DNA of 33,456 nucleotides from Blastocystis sp. subtype 4 (taxonomy: Eukaryota), in contig NW_014569541.1 in the NCBI RefSeq assembly GCF_000743755.1, forward strand, positions 62,001-95,456, written 5' to 3'. Within the stretch, counting starts at the first letter, position 1. The number at the start of each line of letters is the position of its first letter. Under the pieces are notes generated by a model, which saw only the letters and a list, made by a program, of their open reading frames with translations, had not been told where the DNA came from and ran no database searches. The translations under genes were made by a program, and so were the position numbers. This document shows positions 12,101-23,878 of the stretch, in pieces.

Positions 12101-15100
12101 ATAGTCTGAACATTCCATAGTGCATTCAAAACATTCATCTTCATTTACAGTTTGATTAGAATCAAGCCAACTACTCCAGATACCCAGCAAGTTTAGAAGG
12201 GATACACTTGTATCACATCGCATATGTAAGGGAGTCATAGCAAGGACTCGATCTGACCAGTGGTCATAAACAGGATACTCTTGTAGAGAAGAAAGTAGAA
12301 TCGAATGAGTATCAGCAAAGAGTGGAAGTGAAATAGACGATACAGAACAATTCACAGCAAGATGAATTGGCAAACAGTTGCGAATGGTGATTAGAGGCAA
12401 GAAGGACACTTGGTAACGAGAATGGGACTGTTTGAATGAAGAGATTACCAATCCTAACTCACTAATATCCTGGCAGAGTTCTTTCTCATCACATTCTCGT
12501 ACATCACTGCGATAACACTTGCACTGAAGACTTGAAGTAAGCTGACTGCCCTGAATCTCAATTGAACTGAAGACAAACCCATTCAGTTGACGCTCATTCA
12601 GACTCTGTAAACGTTTTGCCTCTAATTCCTCTGCGTTACAAACAAGTGGTTGGATTTGAAAATGCAGATAAGGGAGATGAGACGCATAAGGTGGACTCAC
12701 TATTTCGGAGTGACCTGTCATGATCTGGGCAAATACTAAGACATGCCCCAACCAACAACGAATGAACAGTGGAATGTTGGTACCATTCACCAGCTTCATT
12801 CCTCCTTGAACACGCATAACAATTGCTTCCGAAGTATGAGGTTCAATTGTCACATCCACACTCTGTGAGAACAATACACTCGCAAGACGTCTATAGGATC
12901 CACTGCGATTCAACTCACGAATCACCCCTTCCAGATGTTGTTCCAACTCCTCTGTCGCTTCAACCACATAGTTAACTGTTGAATGTGAGTCAGAAGATCG
13001 TTGAAGAGGAACAATCAAAGGTTCGTATCTGCCAAGTGGAGAATCCAACTGTAAAACAAGATTTGAGTAAGCTGAGAGAGAGGCACGAGGAGAAAAACGA
13101 CCTAATGGAGGCATTGTGGCTAAAAGTTCGCGATTCCCGTGTTTATCTTCTCCTTCGACACTACATCTGATTGGCTATCTCAGGAATACATTAATGAACC
13201 TCCCATCTCGTTTTCAATGTACGTAAGACCAGTTGGTTCTCGTGTTTCATTCTCTTCTGCTGACAATGCTCGTAATACATTCCATGGCAAATTCATTTGA
13301 AGAGCTGAGCTGGGAGTTACACTTACGGAAATATCTTCATTAAGGATTCCCGTGCATTGAACTAGAAATGAGACAGAATCTCTATCCTCACAATCCAACT
13401 CTTCTAAGAGAGTCTGAAGAGGTGAATCAAAAGTATAATTAGCGTTAAGGACACATCGAGTATGAAAGTGTTGGAAGGTGTTCTCTCCATTCAGTAAGAA
13501 GTGATGAAGTCCTATAAATACGACCAAATTATGAGCTAATTCTAATCGAAACATAACCGCGGGAATATCACATTCAATCTGAAGAAGAGATGAAGAATGA
13601 GAAGTGTGTGGAGAGGAAGGTTCGAGAACATGAAGAGCTGATTTGAAATGAGAAACAACATCAAGAACTAATTGTGCAGTATTGAGAGAGAGGAGAAGAG
13701 AATTAGTAGGATTAGAATCAGCAATACGAGTGGCTTCAATTTGATCCACAGAAGTTGTGATAGAGAGGTGAGAATTACCAGAGACATGAAGTGAAATAGC
13801 AACAGGGAGATCAATGACAGAGGAAGTGTGAGAGTACTGATTCTGGACATAATGATCAAAAACACAAGTGAGGCCATAGAGGAGAACCATGTATTCACAT
13901 ATGGTAGAGTCATTCACACAGAAGGTTATAACAGAATTTGTACTGACTGAGCAGATAACTGATTGTTCACGATCCACTAGACTCAAAGACATGTCTTCAA
14001 CATTCAATTCAATAGCGTACTTCTCGTGAAGAAGCAAAACCAACTGTTGTATGAATTCATTGGAATTTGAGGAGTGTTGATTGGATGATGAGATGGTCTT
14101 ACTCCAATCAGAAAGCAAAGTAGCCAATGTTTCTGGAAAATCAAATCCAAGTTCGATTTGAATTCCTATCAGATCTGCTGAAAGAGAATGATTATCCAAT
14201 GTTAGAACGAGAAAGGGAACATCCGTAGTCTGGCGACGTAGAAGTGATCTTGATTGAGTAGAGAGTGATACATCGAGAAGAAAGAAGGATCCTTGAAGGA
14301 TCTCAGACATGAGCAGAGAGAGTTGGAGATTAGACAGAGAGAGAATAAGACAAGTTGATGTATTTGATGAGAGAGAGACTGAAGCTTTTGTAATGGAGAC
14401 ATCGAATTGAAGGAAGGAAGGAGATAACACGGAATATGAAGAAGTTGACTCATGGGAACGTGGAAGTGACTGATACAACTGGGACTGGCATTGTATCAAG
14501 GCTTCAGAGATTCGCTGAATTGACAACATTAAAGCAGGTTCAAGACAGAGTGAGATGGACTGTATATCGAATTCTATGGAGCGTGCCTCTGGGTTACCTT
14601 CAAGAGAGTTCAGATCCAAAGTAGCAGAGAGGTCTGTGATAGTGTTGAGACTATGAAAGGAGTCGTTTATACTAAATGCTGCGTCCAGGATATGAACAGA
14701 GAAACATGGAACAATCGATTGAATCTGAAGTATCGAGGTAAGTTCACCACATGAATAAACAACTTGAAGGTCATTAAAGGAGATTTGAATCATCGGATTA
14801 ACAAACGTCAGTGTTAGAGTAGTGAATGGAGATGAAGACTTAGTAGTCACAACAGTTGAGGAAGAAGTCACTTCAGAAGAGAACCATAACTTCTTCCCAA
14901 TTTCTGCTACTCCAGAAAAACCCTTATAATCAAGACTATGAAAAGAACTCACTTGAATAAGCTGCTGGATGAGATTCAACTGAATGAAGGGACAAAGTGT
15001 ACATTCCAATCCAGTAAGAACCACCACCAACTCATTCGATGAAGAAACACTTACCACGACTCCTTGCCAATCAGGCCCATTTCCTAACTTCAAGACACAA

Positions 15101-18100
15101 GCATTATTCAAAGTCAACTTAAGAGAACCGATCTGCAACTCTTGTTTATGCTTCTCCTTCGTATTCATACAGTAACGAACAGTGTGGAGTGACAGATTCA
15201 ACTCAACATCATTTGATTGCATGTTAACAACGCATCCCTCACAGTCAGCATGAACTTCAAAGTCTCGTTGAGATGAAGACGGAAGTGGATTCGAAAGGGC
15301 TATTACCGAAGCAGAGGGAGTTTCCTTCGAATGAAGCAATTTGAGAGTAGTTTGTATGGGTTCAAAGAATGAATGAATTAGTTGAAGGAATGAGAAAAGA
15401 TAGGAATCCAAACTGACTTCAAACAGAGCTAATGTCACATGCATCAAGAGCTTGCCAGCAAGTACTGATTGAGGCATATAATAAGTGCTCTTAAGAGTTA
15501 AGAAAGGACCATGGGATGATGAAGCAAACAAAGCATGACCTTCCGTAATTGCCTCAGAAGTAGAATAATCACTTGAATTTAAATAACTAATTACTAGCGA
15601 TTCTAATGAAATATCAACAAAACGAGTCATTAGAGTATGAGTGGTGTCAGCTACCAGATTTGTTAAGTGACATGCCACACCTCTACGATCTGTCTTGTTG
15701 TTAGTTAGTACAATTGTAACTGATTCCAGGATCACACTCATATCAACTGTAACATCCTCAGGCCGAATGGAGAGATAACACGGGTGCACATTTGCAAGAG
15801 ACACAAGAGGGAAGTCGATTGGAAGCATATCAAACACACGGAACTGGAGATGATTAAGGAACAAATCACTTACATTCAAATTCATACGATGAACAGAACT
15901 ACTTCCGCTTTCACTTACTTCTGCCAAACTCATTGAATCCCCGCGACCTTCGCATGCTGTCACAAAAGATGGCTCCACACGCCGTCCCAAGGAGTGAGTA
16001 GCAGAAGTGATGCTAAATACACTATTGCGACGATTCATACGTTGCGGTCGTCGTTGTCGTAATGTCGCACTTTCGGCTAGAGACGAAAACGAACCAGACC
16101 GTTCTCGTATTTGTGATTCTTCAGCCATCGACTGGAAATCTGATGACCCTTCTCGACTCCGAAAACCAGAGAGCGAACGGAAGGAAGCGGAATCATCGGA
16201 TCGCACAGATTGAAATTCGGATTTGTGGGAAGCAAGAGAATTAGAACGAGAGACTCGTGATGAGGAGTGGAGAAACTCAGAATCTTCCTTCAAATATGTC
16301 TGAAAGAGAGAGAGAATGGAAGGAGTATCTGGAGAAGTTGAGCCAAATGCTGTGGACACAGAGAAGAAGCCAGTGGAAGGATGCTCCTTAAGTCGAGTAA
16401 CAATCTACGCATGAGAATACATAGTGGAATAGACGTCTTGATCATAACTGACTGTTGGAGGAGATACGATACAATCAAGAATACGAATGAGATGATGAAG
16501 AGCTGATAAGTCAACACAGAATTGGAGAGGAGTCAATGTAAGAGCCGTTGTAATATGAATCTCTTCAATTGGAGAATTATCATTGATAAGAGGAAATGCT
16601 AATAAAAGCTATAAATTAGGAATGACAAAAATCAAGACTTTAATATCAAAATCATGAATAACTTTCAATTGATGAGACACGATGTAATGAGGATCATCAT
16701 ACAAGTCACTCATATCGCAGATTACCAAATGAAGATGAGATAAAGAACAAGTGAGTGTAACACGATCCAAGGATTCAGTGAATTCATTCAGTGAGCTGAT
16801 AGACATGCGATTACCTGTATAATCATTCAGCACAATTAGATCCTTCTCTTCTTCAGTTAGTTCACCACGAACACTGTTATCTACTCCTTTAGAGATAAGT
16901 CCTGATTCTTACCACGCAAATGAATCTCAGGTATGTTCAACACTATCATACTGGAATCCAGATCAGAAACATCTGATGGAAGATAAAAATGAATATTCAT
17001 GAGAGACAGAGAAGGATGAATGGTATACAAATATGTCAAAATCGTGAAGATTTGGGGCACTTCTGTAGTAGAAGTATGACTATGAACAAAGGGAATGATA
17101 AATGAATACTTAGACTTTGGAGTAATAGAAACTGATGATTCTGGAATGTCAAAAAAAGAAGCGATTTTGATTATTGATGGAATATTCCAAATAATGTCCA
17201 TATTATTAACATTTCCATAAATAAATAACGAATTACCATATTTCAATCGAATTTGAATCATATCTTGTTTCTCATGATAACCGCGGGAATCATCTAATGG
17301 TTATTCTGCAAAAATGGAAATAACTCAAATCCTCACTTCCCTTCAATAAATACTTCAGTTTCGGATGTTCGCTTGTATAATCCTTCAAAGCAAGATGAGA
17401 AACAGTTAAACCCACTTCCCACCAATCATATGCAATTCGCAATGTGAGTGAAAGAGTATTGATAAACAGACAACACAACACACGTTCCTGAAGACGAGAA
17501 GAAGGAGAAGATCGTGTTGAGATAGCCGAGTCAGCGATCAATCGAAACTTGATCTCATTCACATTGACTCGAATCATTGTCTTTAAATAGTCCTCAGGCA
17601 GATCAGGGACTTCCGTATCTAATGGAACCTCAACTGGCTGTTCTTCCGTATATCCAAAAAACGACCAGATTTGTTGCCGAAGACTAGGAGGCTATTCCAT
17701 AAATAGTGTTGATTTTGCTCACTTGTTGAACAAGACGTATTTCAGCTTCAGCAAGAGATCTCCATAACAGAATAGTAGGTGTTGGGAGAATATTCTCACA
17801 GTCTCTTACTTGATTTACTTCCTCCTCAGACAATTCACAATTCTCCTGAAGTTGACGTAAATACAACTGATGATAGGTCTGACCAGTTACCCACATTTCA
17901 TGGAGATGACTCTGCTTGTAAGTACACTTCAATCGACGAATATTGCGAATAACACAGCGTATGCCATATTTCCATAATAACCGTGGATATGAAGACAGTG
18001 ATGAAACTCCCCCTTCATTAAGAATGTCTCGTCGCACAAGCGAGTAATTATCACGATTCCCAGTACGAGTGATAAATGAATTGATTTGAACAAGTGAGAG

Positions 18101-19125
18101 AAATTGGGTATGTGACACAGACAATTCAATATGAGGAATCTGAATATACACTGATTGATCAGGACCACTCCTACTAATGAACATCTCTTCTCATTCACAC
18201 AAGTCATAATTCTTTCTTGTATTAGCAATACAGATAATTAGATCAGGAATGTTAATTAGGTTAACATTCCCCTCGTCAGGAAGTTTCAGTAAATCAATCA
18301 TCTCACGAAGAGAATACGAATTCCAATTTCTTTCCGTGATATTGTTGAAGTAGAGTTTGGCATTCTTCATAGTGAATTGCTTGTAAGACTTAGTAGCATC
18401 GAGACGAGAATCGATTAAAGTCTAAAGAATACTCACGAACCATTCTTACGTTGAATAAGAGAGAGTCAATAATCATTCCGAAAGCGAAATATGGTGAATC
18501 AGGTAAACGATCTTCATATCGGATGTGAATCTGTTCATCAAAAGAAGCAAACAACTACATTTCGAAGAGTAATTTCCAGGTTCTTAACAATATTCTTTAA
18601 AAAGGACCGGAGATAACTCCCTTCATCTTCACCTCCCTCTTCTTTTGCCATTAATGCTTTTTGTAGCTGACGACGAATCTCAGCAACTGAAATCTCCGAA
18701 GCTTTGGCATTCTACAGTTCAATACGTGGAAATGCTCTACATAGTAGTTACGAATCGAGTCCTCGATAGAATAATCATCGATTGGTTCGACAACCAAGCA
18801 AATATCCTCAGCCTTAACGTTAGAGAGAAAGACAAGACGAACTCGCAGTTTCAACGGTTCATTTGAAAAGATTGAAGATGCCGACAATTTGACTTCCAAT
18901 GTTCCAACAACGCCACGAACAACACCCACAGGAATTGAAAGACTATCAAGAAAGGATTTCTTCGCTTCCAAATTGAAATATCGAATGTGTCCTAGAGCTA
19001 ATACGTCAATTTCAAACTCAACCGTTGTAGATATCCGACTGGAGGTTCTCTTTTGTCAGGCATTTCTCTTCAAACACCTTGCTTAGCAACGAACTAAGCA
19101 AGCTAGATATGTTCCCCTCCAACAT
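9162..19125 (-). CDS. VPS13: VPS13-family bridge-like lipid transfer protein (roughly 3100 aa, multi-exon)
   Basis: Chorein_N-like start MLEGNISSLLSSLLSKVFEEKCLTKENLQSDIYNG|HIRYFNLEAKKSFLDSLSIPVGVVRGVVGTLEVKL; PRLLWKYGIRCV; VAB-like repeats (IRNCLPIHL, VFVPFWLQIESTLPL, ILNNTSLHL, FSNQTLYPLQIRQ); C-terminal APT1/ATG2_C/PH-like region (LEVSNQLMEAKYPVML, IGAPAVFLQNL, RLRAP..GVLLPYD). In-frame introns include 13161-13189 and 9209-9237. Not every 5' intron was resolved. Confidence 0.9.
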
Positions 19126-19382
19126 TGTGCAGAATACATGAGATCCTATAACTGACAGATTTTTTGGAATGCCAAAAGTATTCATGCTACTGGATTGTCA
19201 GGTTCTTCTTCCTGCATCGTTGCTATTGTACAGAGCATGTATAGAACCAACATGGATACAAAGTATCCAAGACGATGGTCACAATGGCATCACTAATGAA
19301 AGTGAATCGAGTACACCTTAGCAGCTCTCACACATACCAAAAACACTTCATAGAGTCTTGAGTACCGATCATTATATCTTCC

Positions 19383-20885
19383 ATGTTTGGTCGACGAGCC
19401 ACGTTAGTGGCAATCAATAAGTGTCTGGATACATATCAGCAAAATGAATCGCTTCCTCCGTAACTGAGAGTGAGATCTCGTGATGTTCAGGAAACTCTTC
19501 AAAGCATTCTCCTCAACATTTTTGAAGTCAGTTAAAAAGATTGAAGAGGAGGTAGCAGCAAAACTGGAAGAAGGCAATCCTGATGATCACGCTAGACACG
19601 AAGAATATATGTTATCCTTTCTTCCTGATAATCTTAGAGCTCAAATATATGCACATGTGTTGGATATGAAGAGTGTCTTTGAGCAGTAGAAATCGTGGGA
19701 TTGCCAATGCAAACACGTTAACAGCATTAAAGAAGATCATGACAGAAGAAAGTTGGGAATCTCTTGTTCAGAATCTAGAGCAGGTTGTCAAAGTATTATA
19801 TGTTCAACCGAATAATTGTATCTTTGATCCAAATGATACTGCCTCTGAGAAATGGGCAGGATTAATCTTTCTCCGTCATGGTGAAGTAGAGTTGGAAAGA
19901 ATGTTTAATCGGTAGGGATACTATGTAGAGAATGGAGCTCATCATAACTTTATGTTCTTGGACTGTATAGATCTCTTGGGAGTAACAGATCATGCGTTCT
20001 ACAATGGAACTGAAATTGCTTATGAGCGAGTCCAAAGTTGCTGTTGTTGAATTTTATCATATCTAGTTGTTTCTCGTTCCGCTTGTCTTGTAGGGATAGT
20101 TACATTTGTTCAGTTAATTGATACTGTGAAGTGAGATTTGAGTGAGATTTTCATTATAAGAGCTTTAGATACAACAGAACAGGAGATTAATGATGTAGTA
20201 GCATATTTGTTGGCTCGGAGCGTTCGTTTGGCCAAAGAAAAGGAACGAAAACGACAAGAAGAGGAAATGAAGCGACAAGAAACGCTTCGACGACATTTAG
20301 CGTAATGTGTGTTATTGGGCCAAAACATAGGGAATGGAGAGAATATCTGAAATCTGGTGATATTCAGAATGTATCACGATATGTGATGGGAGGATTTGAT
20401 ATAAACTCGGATATTGGTGTTGTAGGAAGAATCTGTTGTGTTCCACATAGCTTCGAGACAAACCGTTGATCATTGCCATGTCATCACGATCAACTGAACT
20501 TGTTCATTATCTGTGTGATCATGGAGCTGATGTGAATGGAGTGAATGAGAATGGAAGTACTGCTCTTCATTTGTGTTGTCAGATTGGATGGGTGGATGGA
20601 ATCAACCAATTGTTAGGTCGAGGAGCGCGAATCCTTCCTGATAAACAAGGTAATACACCCCTTCATATTGCAGCTCAGCAAGGAAATCGTGAGGTTATTG
20701 AATTGTTCATTCGATTGAAAGCAGAAGGTCGACAGGTGATGGATAAGAGATGAAGTGATTGAGTAGGGCATTGATTGGTCTCTAAAGAACAATGAAGGAG
20801 AGAAAGTGGTAGATTGTTGTATGGATATGGAATTAAAGAAAGTGATCGTACCAAAAGGAGTCGTTGGTTATTCGTTTGATCGATA
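19383..20885 (+). CDS. C-linker + cyclic-nucleotide-binding-like domain + coiled coil + ankyrin repeats; stop inferred to be completed by polyadenylation
   Basis: Spliced product includes DTYQQNESLPPKLFKAF and EEYMLSFLPDNLRAQIYAHV (C-linker-like), VLYVQPNNCIFDPND..GLIFLRHGE and IVSRSACLVGIV (cNMP-fold-like), and ankyrins GADVNGVNENGSTALHLCC and DKQGNTPLHIAAQQGN. About eight introns of 29-31 nt. The start codon is uncertain (ATG 19383 is in frame; an earlier exon is possible). Confidence 0.7.
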
Positions 20886-20889
20886 TGGG

Positions 20890-20897
20890 TGTTTGTT
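20890..20897 (+). terminator. TGTTTGTT polyadenylation motif (cNMP/ankyrin gene)
   Basis: CGA TA|TGGG TGTTTGTT: an in-frame TA ends at -5. Confidence 0.8.
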
Positions 20898-20940
20898 TAT
20901 GAAGCAATCGTGCTGTGTTAGTTTGAAGAGATGACTCTCA

Positions 20941-20948
20941 AACAAACA
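20941..20948 (-). terminator. TGTTTGTT polyadenylation motif (SDHB)
   Basis: Minus strand reads CAT TAG AA TGTTTGTT; the T of the TAG is at -5. Confidence 0.8.
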
Positions 20949-20950
20949 TT

Positions 20951-21833
20951 CTAATGAAGCTTATGAACTAGGTGTTTGATATGTGCTATGCTCCCTCCTG
21001 GATTGAGATTCTTGGGACAGGTATGCGTGCAATTCATAATAGCATGACAACGATACAGCTTGTAAGTATCATCCAATTCACGGATTCGCTCTTCAGTCAT
21101 TTCATCTCTTGAATCTATGATCCATCGATAGGCTTGTTGAAGAACCATTGGACCCAAATACTTGTCAGGGTTCCACCAATACGAAGGACATGAGGTGGAA
21201 CAACAGTTGCATAGAATGCACTCATACAATCCATCCAACAGTGCTCGATCCTGGGGAGATTGAAGATTTTCCTGATGATAGTCAGTATCCTGTTTCGTCT
21301 TTTTCATTAACCAGGGACGAATCGATGCATACTGTTCATATGAGTTGGTTTGGTCGATCACAAGATCACGAATCACAAACATATGAGGGAGAGGACGAAT
21401 TGTGGTTGTTCTACAATTCAAGGTCAACAGAGATCTTACTTTCGGGGATCTGAGGTGATAGGTGTGATACACACCAGTCCATTCTCTCCATTGATATTCA
21501 TTGAACAGGATCCACAGATTCCTTCTCTGCAAGAACTACAAATGATAGTAAACTATTATTCATACCGTCGGAATGTGAATGTTGGATCGATTGTTTGCTT
21601 GATCTGAATCAAGGCGTCAAGAATCATGTGATTGCATCTACCATTGACATGTGTATCAATTCATACTTGCTTACATCCACTGCATATCGCTCCATATGAG
21701 GCTTAATATCTTTTGCAGGGTTGAATCGATAGATGTCAAACAACCGATAACTTGCCGCTTTTTCTTGGGTAGATAGACGAGCAAAAGAGCGGAGAATATT
21801 AAAGTGTACCCTGACAGAGGATTTAGCAAGCAT
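20951..21833 (-). CDS. SDHB: Succinate dehydrogenase iron-sulfur subunit (complex II), with N-terminal mitochondrial-type presequence
   Basis: [75 protein letters not shown]. Three introns of 29-30 nt. Confidence 0.97.
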
Positions 21834-21921
21834 TGTTTGACAGCTGTCAAGATTGACAAGACACTGACGAAGACAGAATCAAAAATGACCTCAATTCTAC
21901 AAGTACTGTAGCAAGTGACAA

Positions 21922-21929
21922 AACAAACA
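21922..21929 (-). terminator. TGTTTGTT polyadenylation motif (RPL36A)
   Basis: Exact motif 46 nt after the TAA. Confidence 0.75.
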
Positions 21930-21975
21930 AACCAGACTTTCAAGAGATTTATTCATAGAAACCATGAGAAACGCC

Positions 21976-22379
21976 TTAATACTGCTGAGCATCCTTATTC
22001 TTCTTCTCACCAATCTCAAGGGTCTTGCAGCGCTTCAGAGGTCTCTGAGCCTTAGCCTTGCACTCCTTGCACTCCAGACGGAGCACCAGCTTCTTGGTCT
22101 GCTTCGCCTATACATAAACCCATTCTTAGAGTATCACCTTCTTATGGAAGATAGGCTTGGTCTGACCACCAAAACCCTTTTGCTTGGAATCGTATCTTCT
22201 CTTTCCTACATTCATAATCTCCCTTCACATCAACACTTACCCTGAGGAGTCAGAGAAGCCTTTCCAGCCTTGTACTGGGTAACCTTGTGCTCAGTGTGCT
22301 TATTGCACTTCTTGCAATAGGTGTTCTCGGTCTTAGGAACGTGAACCTACACATCGATTACTATACGTTCTTTAACCAT
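21976..22379 (-). CDS. RPL36A: 60S ribosomal protein eL42 (L36a/L44)
   Basis: Spliced: [102 protein letters not shown]. The first intron directly follows the ATG. Confidence 0.97.
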
Positions 22380-22471
22380 CAAGACATCACTCAATTGAAC
22401 TAAGGAACCATTTCCATACCATTTCCACAAATAAGATCAAATGAAAGGGGTTATGGAGCCACAGCAACAAC

Positions 22472-22514
22472 ACATGTTCAGTGACCAATATTGATTGATT
22501 ATCAAGAATGAGCA
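22472..22514. promoter_or_regulatory. Candidate ribosomal-protein bidirectional promoter module, copy 1
   Basis: ACATGTTCAGTGA, CCAAT, TGATTATCA and ATGAGCA, all shared with 31789-31821. Confidence 0.45.
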
Positions 22515-22661
22515 AAACGCCGCTCGGGTATTTAATAATGAGGGGTAAAATTACATTCCTGTGTTTTGAATCCATTTCTCCTACCAAGGAGATGTCTCTG
22601 GAAACCCTTTGCTTTCCTCACAGTTGTTTAAGGGCATCACCTCTTTTTTGCAAATTATAGA

Positions 22662-23048
22662 ATGGTAAGATGGAAGCAAATCGAGTGAACGTGAAATTTT
22701 GCGAATGAAGAATGGCTTTTGTCTAACTCCATCTCTAGGGTAAGAGAACTAAGAAGGTTGGTATTTGCGGAAAGTACGGAACGAGATATGGTTCTTCTCT
22801 CCGAAAGATTGTGAAGAAGATTGAGATTTCCCAGCATAGCACGTATACCTGTAATAGATGTTGTGATGTGTAGCTATGCTTGCGCATTCTGCGGTAAGAA
22901 CACTGTGAAGAGAACTTGTGTGGGTATTTGGGAATGCAAGAAGTGCGGTAAGGTCCTCGCTGGAGGTGCTTGGAGTGTTGCTACCCCTGCTGCCTTAACT
23001 GTCCGATCTTCTATTCAGAGACTTCGTCGCTCGAAAGTCGAAGCATAA
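22662..23048 (+). CDS. RPL37A: 60S ribosomal protein eL43 (L37a)
   Basis: [69 protein letters not shown]. Introns are 22665-22738 (74 nt) and one of 31 nt. Confidence 0.97.
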
Positions 23049-23082
23049 ATGGAGCTGATGGTTACCCTTACTCACTTGATCT

Positions 23083-23097
23083 TGTTTGGTACAAACA
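23083..23097. terminator. Back-to-back polyadenylation motifs of two convergent genes (TGTTTGGT on +, TGTTTGTA on -)
   Basis: TGTTTGGTACAAACA is a near-palindrome; the two 8-mers share base 23090. Confidence 0.65.
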
Positions 23098-23101
23098 GTA
23101 A

Positions 23102-23878
23102 AATCTACCTTTGCAAGTTTGCACAGCTTCTTTTGGAAGAACCCAACTCCAGGAATAATGCTAATAACACTCTTCACAATTCTCTCAGCAAATACTTTTT
23201 GTGGGTCCTGCATCTCTAATGACACTTTGGATTCCGAATGGACATCTACTTATCATCCAGTTCAAGAACGACTACAAACGGAGTGGTATGCGAATAAGAG
23301 AGACAGAAGAATACAAACGATATTGAGTGATACTTCCTGAAGAAGGAGAAGGATGGAGAAAACTAGACATGAAACAATACCAGTGAGACCACAGATATTC
23401 TTAGGATATCGGATAAGGAAGTAGATACGAAGGATGACACACAGGATGTAGCCAACAAAAGTACACGTCGAAGCAATAGTCCACGGCGTAATCTACAGTT
23501 ACAACAAACTAGATATACATACTCGAACATGAAGTACACCAAGTACACTTAAACATAGGCAAATGAGACGCATTCCTAATGCTACTGTAGCACACTCTAG
23601 AATGTGAAAATGAAAAGATAGTTCTACTCACGACCCACCCACTTTTGCCATCAACCGACAACTAACGCTAAGAGGATTGTAGATAGACGTACATTATAAG
23701 ATTCTGCTGTTCGGTACAACTGATAACCAGTCAACAACTGTACGACAACAATACAAAAGAAACATGTAAGGAAAATACCACGATGTTTCTTCGTTGGTTT
23801 CATCATCTCTTCAATGGAGTCAATTTGGTTGTCCATCTTTCTTTGAATAGGAGGTTTGTAGGCCGAGAAATGCGCCAT
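23102..23878 (-). CDS. Uncharacterised multi-pass membrane protein (~220 aa); stop inferred to be created by polyadenylation
   Basis: Four introns of 30-31 nt give a continuous frame MAHFSAYKPP...GIFLTCFFCIVVVQLL...VGYILCVILRIYFLI...GIVSCLVFSILLLL...KKLCKLAKVD with 5-6 hydrophobic segments. Family not recognised. Confidence 0.65.

Noticed and set aside
22140..22180. Possible cycloheximide-resistance allele of eL42 (Pro-to-Gln in KPVFHKK)
   Set aside because: The sequence reads [10 protein letters not shown]; the proline is retained.
23102..23878. Bax inhibitor-1 family assignment for the membrane protein
   Set aside because: Only size and hydrophobicity fit; the conserved acidic motifs are not recognisable without a profile search.
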